This document shows, piece by piece, positions 24,868-29,469 of a DNA stretch of 29,469 nt. The translations under genes were made by a program, and so were the position numbers. The notes below the pieces were generated by a model. That model was not told where the DNA came from. It saw only the letters and a program-made list of their open reading frames with translations, and made no database searches. The stretch is taken from the IMG/VR virus record IMGVR_UViG_3300005939_000029, positions 1 to 29,469 of that record, one strand, 5' to 3'. The DNA is from a virus. The number at the start of each line of letters is the position of its first letter. Positions within the stretch are counted from its first letter, which is position 1.

Positions 24868-25047
24868 ATGACACAGGCTACGACACAGATCCGCGAACTC
24901 GGACCCGACGACCGCGTTCGAGTTACGCTGGACGACGGAACGGAACTCCGCTGTATGGCACAGAACGAACGGAACGCGAACTACCACGGGGACCGGCGGA
25001 AATGCGGGACCTGTCTCCGGATCCTCGAAACACGGAGGGCGGACTAA
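24868..25047 (+). CDS. small hypothetical protein (59 aa, not in the ORF track)
   Basis: MTQATTQIRELGPDDRVRVTLDDGTELRC...CGTC...; AGGAGG upstream and TAATG coupling downstream. Confidence 0.5.
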   Translation: MTQATTQIRELGPDDRVRVTLDDGTELRCMAQNERNANYHGDRRKCGTCLRILETRRAD

Positions 25048-25307
25048 TGGGAGGGAACTACCCGCCCGGGACCTCCGCGGGAGATCCTAACGCCCCGTGG
25101 AACGCCCCGGATCCGCCGGAGTGTCCCGCCTGTGGGAACCTGATAGCGGAGGTCGAGGACCACGCGGACGACTGTGAGGAGTCCGAGCTCGACGCTGTAG
25201 ATCTCGCGGAGGCGGAACAGGAACCCTCCCGGACGTGGGACGACGTGAAAGAGGACCCGACTCCCTCCGAGGCGGAACGCTACGGACTGGACCGCCCGGA
25301 CGAGTAG
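25047..25307 (+). CDS. small CPxCG-motif protein
   Basis: 'MGGNYPPG...DPNAPWN...ECPACG'; ATG 25047 preceded by GGAGG. Confidence 0.65.
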   Translation: MGGNYPPGTSAGDPNAPWNAPDPPECPACGNLIAEVEDHADDCEESELDAVDLAEAEQEPSRTWDDVKEDPTPSEAERYGLDRPDE

Positions 25308-25363
25308 AAAACCCCGGCTATTCTTTCGAGACTATCCTCCGTTAGCCTCCGGTAACTTTATTA
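25308..25363 (+). repeat. intergenic terminator/promoter cassette, copy 2
   Basis: AAAACCCCGGCTATTCTTTCG...GTTAGCCTCCGGTAACTTTATTAT. Confidence 0.65.
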
Positions 25364-25402
25364 TCCCCTGTCCACTATTGTAGGTCGTAGGAGGAAACCG
25401 CT

Positions 25403-26656
25403 ATGTACGAAACCACCGACTCCGACGACGACCGAACCAACTACGAAACGACGGGCGACGTTATCCGCGCTATCCTCTCCGCGCTGGACGAGGGCGACGC
25501 CGCGGAGGTTAACGTCGGACACGCTACTCACCGCGTCGAGACGGGCGCGGACGTTTGGGACGACGAGGAACAGACGGAGGTCCGCCTCACGAACGAGGAG
25601 ATCCCGACGTGGGCGGGTATCGCCCCCGTGGACGTGGAGGACGTTCAGCCCGTTACGGACGACGAGGACGACGACGAGGACGAGGACCTGTGGACGGAGG
25701 AGTTCGCCCACTCCCCGGCGTCCGGGATCCACACTCCCGCCCACGTCCCGGAGAACCTACGCGACGAACTCGAACGCGTGTTCTCGGAGATAGAGGAGTT
25801 CGTGGACGGTCGTCGTCGGACCGAAAACGCGGGGACTGTCCGGTTCGAGTTCGACCGGGAGGCGTCCGAGTGGACGTTCCACTCCGTCGAGATCCGAGAC
25901 TACGCCCGACGGACCGCCTACTCGAACGACGACGTTCAGACGCGGGCTGAACAGGCGATAGCCGCGGTCCAGTCCTACGAGGACGACGACGTTCGGGCGG
26001 ACGGAGGCGACGAGGACGACGAGGAGGATCCGTTCCACCCGGACGACCTCGACGCGAAACACGTCCAGCCCTACGGCGTCCGCATTACCACGCCCGACGG
26101 TGAGGAGTTCGAGTTCGAGGTCCCGGAGACGTTCCGCGGTATGAACCTGAACGACCTCCTCGAACTCTACCGGGAACGGGTGGCTATGGACGGAGTGGAC
26201 GACCTCGAACCCGGGCGGTGGTATGCCGAACAGGTCGAGGAGGACCACGGCGTGAACCCCGACGACGAGGACGGTCCCGTAGTCCTCCCCGACGGAGGAC
26301 AGATCCTCCCGGAGGACGACGACGAGGGCTACCCGGCGGATCCCTCCCGGGACGAGACGACCGTCCACGGCGTTCAGGAGAACACGTCCGGGATAGTCGG
26401 GCTGTGTGTCCTCTACTCCGTCCACGGACTCCACTACCGCGTCCGCCTCCGCCCGGTGAACCCGCTGGACTCCGAGACGTTCGACCGCGGAGACGCGTGG
26501 ACTATGTTCGAGTGGGCGGAGGTCGAGACGCCCGACGAGGACGCGCCCTCCGTCTCGTTCGAGGAGATCCACGTCGTCCCCGCGGTCGTTCGAGAGGTCG
26601 TCCCCGGTCCCGTTCAGGTCCCCGACGAACCCGGACACGTCGGAGGTAGCCGATAA
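25403..26656 (+). CDS. large acidic hypothetical protein (modular)
   Basis: 417 aa; several compact segments separated by D/E linkers. Confidence 0.7.
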   Translation: MYETTDSDDDRTNYETTGDVIRAILSALDEGDAAEVNVGHATHRVETGADVWDDEEQTEVRLTNEEIPTWAGIAPVDVEDVQPVTDDEDDDEDEDLWTEEFAHSPASGIHTPAHVPENLRDELERVFSEIEEFVDGRRRTENAGTVRFEFDREASEWTFHSVEIRDYARRTAYSNDDVQTRAEQAIAAVQSYEDDDVRADGGDEDDEEDPFHPDDLDAKHVQPYGVRITTPDGEEFEFEVPETFRGMNLNDLLELYRERVAMDGVDDLEPGRWYAEQVEEDHGVNPDDEDGPVVLPDGGQILPEDDDEGYPADPSRDETTVHGVQENTSGIVGLCVLYSVHGLHYRVRLRPVNPLDSETFDRGDAWTMFEWAEVETPDEDAPSVSFEEIHVVPAVVREVVPGPVQVPDEPGHVGGSR

Positions 26657-26922
26657 TGGGACGAGGCGACTACGAGGAGTCCGACGGTCCCGTTCCCCGT
26701 AGCCTCCGGGATCTGGACTACGAGAACGTTACCGGGGCGGACGTGAAACCCGTCGTCCTCGGACGGACTACCCGGTATCGGTCCGCGAAAGTCGTCCTCC
26801 ACGTCGGAGAGGACGAGGACTCCGCGGAACCCCGCGGCTACGAACTCGACTACGAACAGGTCCAGCGTCTCGCGGGCGTGTTCGACCGTCTCGCCTCGGA
26901 CCTCGAACCGGACGACGAGTAA
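26656..26922 (+). CDS. hypothetical protein
   Basis: 88 aa; TAATG coupling with GGAGGT upstream. Confidence 0.65.
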   Translation: MGRGDYEESDGPVPRSLRDLDYENVTGADVKPVVLGRTTRYRSAKVVLHVGEDEDSAEPRGYELDYEQVQRLAGVFDRLASDLEPDDE

Positions 26923-27441
26923 CCACTACCGAACAGCGTCCCGGACCTTTTTCTAACCCCGACCCGTCGAGTAGCCTGTCCCACGGGAGACTCTACCCGT
27001 CTATGCCCTACCGGGTCGTCAGACGCCGGAGGGAGAGGGCGGGAGACGAACGTGGGAACACGTCCAGCCCTACGGACGACCCGGGTCCCGAAAGCCCGGT
27101 CCGAGTGAAAAGCCCGACGAGGGTAAGTAGCGACAGGCGGTAACGCCCCGGACCGGAGGACGAGGGTAGACCCCGGAGACGAGGGCGGGTAACGTCCGCG
27201 GTGAGACTCCGCGGAGGGTATGCCCGGACACGTTCCACTCCCCACGTTCACCGGGGAGTTCCCTTTTCGAGATCCCCACAGGTCCAGTAGATCTCCCTCT
27301 CCTCCTCTCCCCCACGCCTCCTCTCCTCCACTCCCTCTCGACCCCCGAACGCCCCCGTCGAACGCGTCCGCGAACGCGTCGAACGTTCGGCCCTACTCGT
27401 AGCCCGGACCCCCTCCCCTCGAAACAGCCCTCCGGTAGTGG

Positions 27442-27466
27442 TTAGCGGGACCGTATCTTTATTGAG
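27442..27466 (+). promoter_or_regulatory. viral promoter motif
   Basis: TTAGCGGGACCGTATCTTTATTG, about 26 bp before ATG 27489. Confidence 0.55.
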
Positions 27467-27488
27467 AGGCGACGGTAAGGGTAGGCTA

Positions 27489-28331
27489 ATGGGAGACGAG
27501 AACCGTCGAACGAACGACGACCCGGAGGACGACCGTCCTAACGACGGGTTCGACTACGGCGAACGTCGAGAGGACGGACAGTTTCAGAACCACCCGACGA
27601 AAGACGAGGGAGAGTTCGTCCAGCCCGTCCGGTCGTCCTACGTCCACGTCGAGGGCTGTGGGACGGCTACGAGTATGGGAACCGGGTTAGCGGAGTCGTT
27701 CGCCCGGGATCCGGAACAGTACGGTAAGACGTTTTGCGCGGGCTGTAACGACTACTACCCGCTGGACGAGTTTGAGTGGAAAGGGACGGGGATCCGACTG
27801 GACGAGGTGGGAGTCGTCGCGGACGACGAGGCGGATCCGACCGCCCTCTCTATCAGCCTGAACGGGTCCCTCCACAGCGTCCCCCGGGACGTGGAGACTG
27901 TCGCGGACCTGAACGACGCCCTCGGAGTGAAAGAAGGGCGCGAACTCGTCCGGGTCGTGGAGGGTGAGGAGGAGATCCACCCGGGACAGAACCGCCTCGG
28001 AGTCTCCGACCTCGGAGATCCGGACGACCCTGTGGTAGTCTCGGAGGGAGACGAGTTCCTACTCCGGGACGAGGACGCGGACGAGGGCGACGAGGTGAAA
28101 GACCTCTATCAGTCCCTCGAACAGGTCCGCCGGGATCTCCTCGACGTAGCGGAACAGGCGGAGGAGGCGGGCGTTCCCCTCGTCGCCCGGAACCTCGAAC
28201 TATGGTCCCACTCCGCGGCGGTCTTTCACGCGGACCTCACCCACGGACCCGCGCCCGGGACTATCGTAGACTACCTCGAACAGGCGGACTACAGCCCGCC
28301 CGCCCGCGGACGAGAGGACACGGAGGAGTAG
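27489..28331 (+). CDS. Zn-binding domain protein fused to a putative ubiquitin-like domain (ATG 27489)
   Basis: 'FVQPVRSSYVH..GCG...LAESFARDP..YG.TFCAGC' followed by 'SISLNG..HSV...ETVADL..ALGV..GREL...VVVSEGDEF'. Confidence 0.6.
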   Translation: MGDENRRTNDDPEDDRPNDGFDYGERREDGQFQNHPTKDEGEFVQPVRSSYVHVEGCGTATSMGTGLAESFARDPEQYGKTFCAGCNDYYPLDEFEWKGTGIRLDEVGVVADDEADPTALSISLNGSLHSVPRDVETVADLNDALGVKEGRELVRVVEGEEEIHPGQNRLGVSDLGDPDDPVVVSEGDEFLLRDEDADEGDEVKDLYQSLEQVRRDLLDVAEQAEEAGVPLVARNLELWSHSAAVFHADLTHGPAPGTIVDYLEQADYSPPARGREDTEE

Positions 28332-28332
28332 T

Positions 28333-28755
28333 ATGTCGGACTACGACTACGACCGGAGAAACGTCCTCGACTCCGTGGAGTCGTTAGCGGAGGTCCGCCT
28401 CTCGGATCCGTTCACTCTCGAACTCGTCGCGTGGAACGACGGGGACTTTCAGATCTCCGCGTTCCATACGATAGACGCTACCTACCCGTTCGAGGCGGAG
28501 GCGAACGACGAGGAGGACGGACTCCCGTTCTACCGGGAACGCCTCCGGTTCTCCTCGACGGGCGACGAGGAGGGCTGGATAGTCCACGAACTCGTCCGCG
28601 CCTACTGTGGGCGGACCCGGACGGAGACGGTATGGAGTGAACGCGTGGGCGGCTATACGTTCAATTGGCCCGCCCCGCTACTGGACGACGACGAGGACGG
28701 GGAGGACGACGGTCCGACCTATCCGGGGTCCACGTTCCCGGGGAGGTTCGCGTAG
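28333..28755 (+). CDS. hypothetical protein
   Basis: 140-aa acidic ORF, tightly spaced with its neighbours. Confidence 0.7.
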   Translation: MSDYDYDRRNVLDSVESLAEVRLSDPFTLELVAWNDGDFQISAFHTIDATYPFEAEANDEEDGLPFYRERLRFSSTGDEEGWIVHELVRAYCGRTRTETVWSERVGGYTFNWPAPLLDDDEDGEDDGPTYPGSTFPGRFA

Positions 28756-28756
28756 T

Positions 28757-29302
28757 ATGGGGGACCAAAACGTAGACTACCGGAACCTGTCCCTCCCGAC
28801 GGACAAAGCCCCCGCGGACTACTCCTATCAGGAGAGGCGGGCGGATATTCTACAGAACTATATCCTCGACAAAGGACACCCGGACGCGGTGAATTGGTCC
28901 GAACTCTCCCGCTACTACGATAAGAGTAAGTCCACTCTCCATAACGACAAAGAGACGCTTACGGAGTGGATCGTAGACGACCTCGACGTAGCCCGCGTCT
29001 CCGGGATAGCGTCCGCGCTGTTTGAACAGGGACTCTTAGAAATACAGGCGGACGACGACTACGACGCGTTCGACTACCACGCGTTCGTAGCAAAGTGGAC
29101 CTCTACCCTCGAAAAACTCGGAGTCCTCGACTTAGAGGACGACGACGAGGACCTGTTCCGGGCGGGCGGACAGGAGGGAGAGGGTATCACCGTCTCCATA
29201 TCCGGCGTCTCCGCGGACGAGGTGGATCTGGACGACCTCCCCGAACAGGACCGCCCGGACGGAGACGCGGACGAGGACGAACAGGAGGCGGTTACAGCGT
29301 GA
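28757..29302 (+). CDS. HTH protein, putative terminase small subunit (ATG 28757)
   Basis: 'LPTDKAPADYSYQERRADIL...GHP...NWSELSRYY..SKSTLHND' resembles halovirus HTH proteins found ahead of TerL. TerL itself is not in the window. Confidence 0.5.
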   Translation: MGDQNVDYRNLSLPTDKAPADYSYQERRADILQNYILDKGHPDAVNWSELSRYYDKSKSTLHNDKETLTEWIVDDLDVARVSGIASALFEQGLLEIQADDDYDAFDYHAFVAKWTSTLEKLGVLDLEDDDEDLFRAGGQEGEGITVSISGVSADEVDLDDLPEQDRPDGDADEDEQEAVTA

Positions 29303-29424
29303 ACCTCACTCCGAACCGGGACGCGTCGAGGGAGGACCGGATAGCCTACGTCTCGAAACGCCTCCGGATCCCGTCGGACGAGGCGGAACGACTCCTCGAC
29401 AGTATGGAGGGGGAGAACGCGTGA
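29299..29424 (+). CDS. small hypothetical protein (41 aa; GTG 29299)
   Basis: GTGA overlaps at both ends and GGAGG upstream. Confidence 0.5.
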   Translation: MNLTPNRDASREDRIAYVSKRLRIPSDEAERLLDSMEGENA

Positions 29425-29469
29425 ACCTCCCCTACGAACTAATCGGACAGGCGACGGTAGCCCTCGTCG
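29421..29469 (+). CDS. 5' fragment of a further ORF running off the window (VNLPYELIGQATVALV...)
   Basis: GTGA overlap with GGAGG upstream; truncated by the window end. Confidence 0.4.
   Translation, partial: MNLPYELIGQATVALV

Noticed and set aside
25757-26638. 293-aa minus-strand ORF
   Set aside because: Antisense shadow of the acidic gene 25403-26656. It is V/L/R-rich as expected from reverse-complemented GAC/GAG codons and has no promoter.
27003-27145. Short ORF MPYRVVRRRRERAG... in the large gap
   Set aside because: Arg-rich, with atypical codons and weak initiation signals; coding status not supported.

Overview
This window is a 29.5-kb segment of a GC-rich haloarchaeal tailed virus or provirus with a siphovirus-like gene order. 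The proteins are strongly acidic, genes are tightly coupled (TAATG/ATGA/GTGA overlaps), and many appear leaderless about 25-30 bp after TATA-like boxes. Positions 17-12564 hold the neck and tail module: adaptor, HK97-gp10-like protein, tail tube, a chaperone pair with a -1 slippery site, a short tape measure, baseplate proteins, a tail fibre and a DUF2341 protein. Two membrane proteins follow (12621-13480). A regulatory island at 13481-15060 contains four copies of a 25-bp palindromic site, a 99-bp tandem repeat, a triple-hairpin putative sRNA, an ArsR-type wHTH gene and divergent promoters. A long rightward early/replication-accessory region (15084-26922) encodes a TFB-like protein with three cyclin repeats, an internally deleted Topo VI-A/Spo11-like ORF, Hjc, an MCM-C-terminus-like wHTH, PCNA with a Zn-finger tail and many acidic hypothetical proteins. 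After a ~560-bp largely non-coding gap, a probable packaging module begins (TerS-like, 28757-29302). I saw no integrase, polymerase, helicase, capsid, portal, tRNA or CRISPR array in this window. All family calls come from motif recognition by eye; no searches or counts were run.
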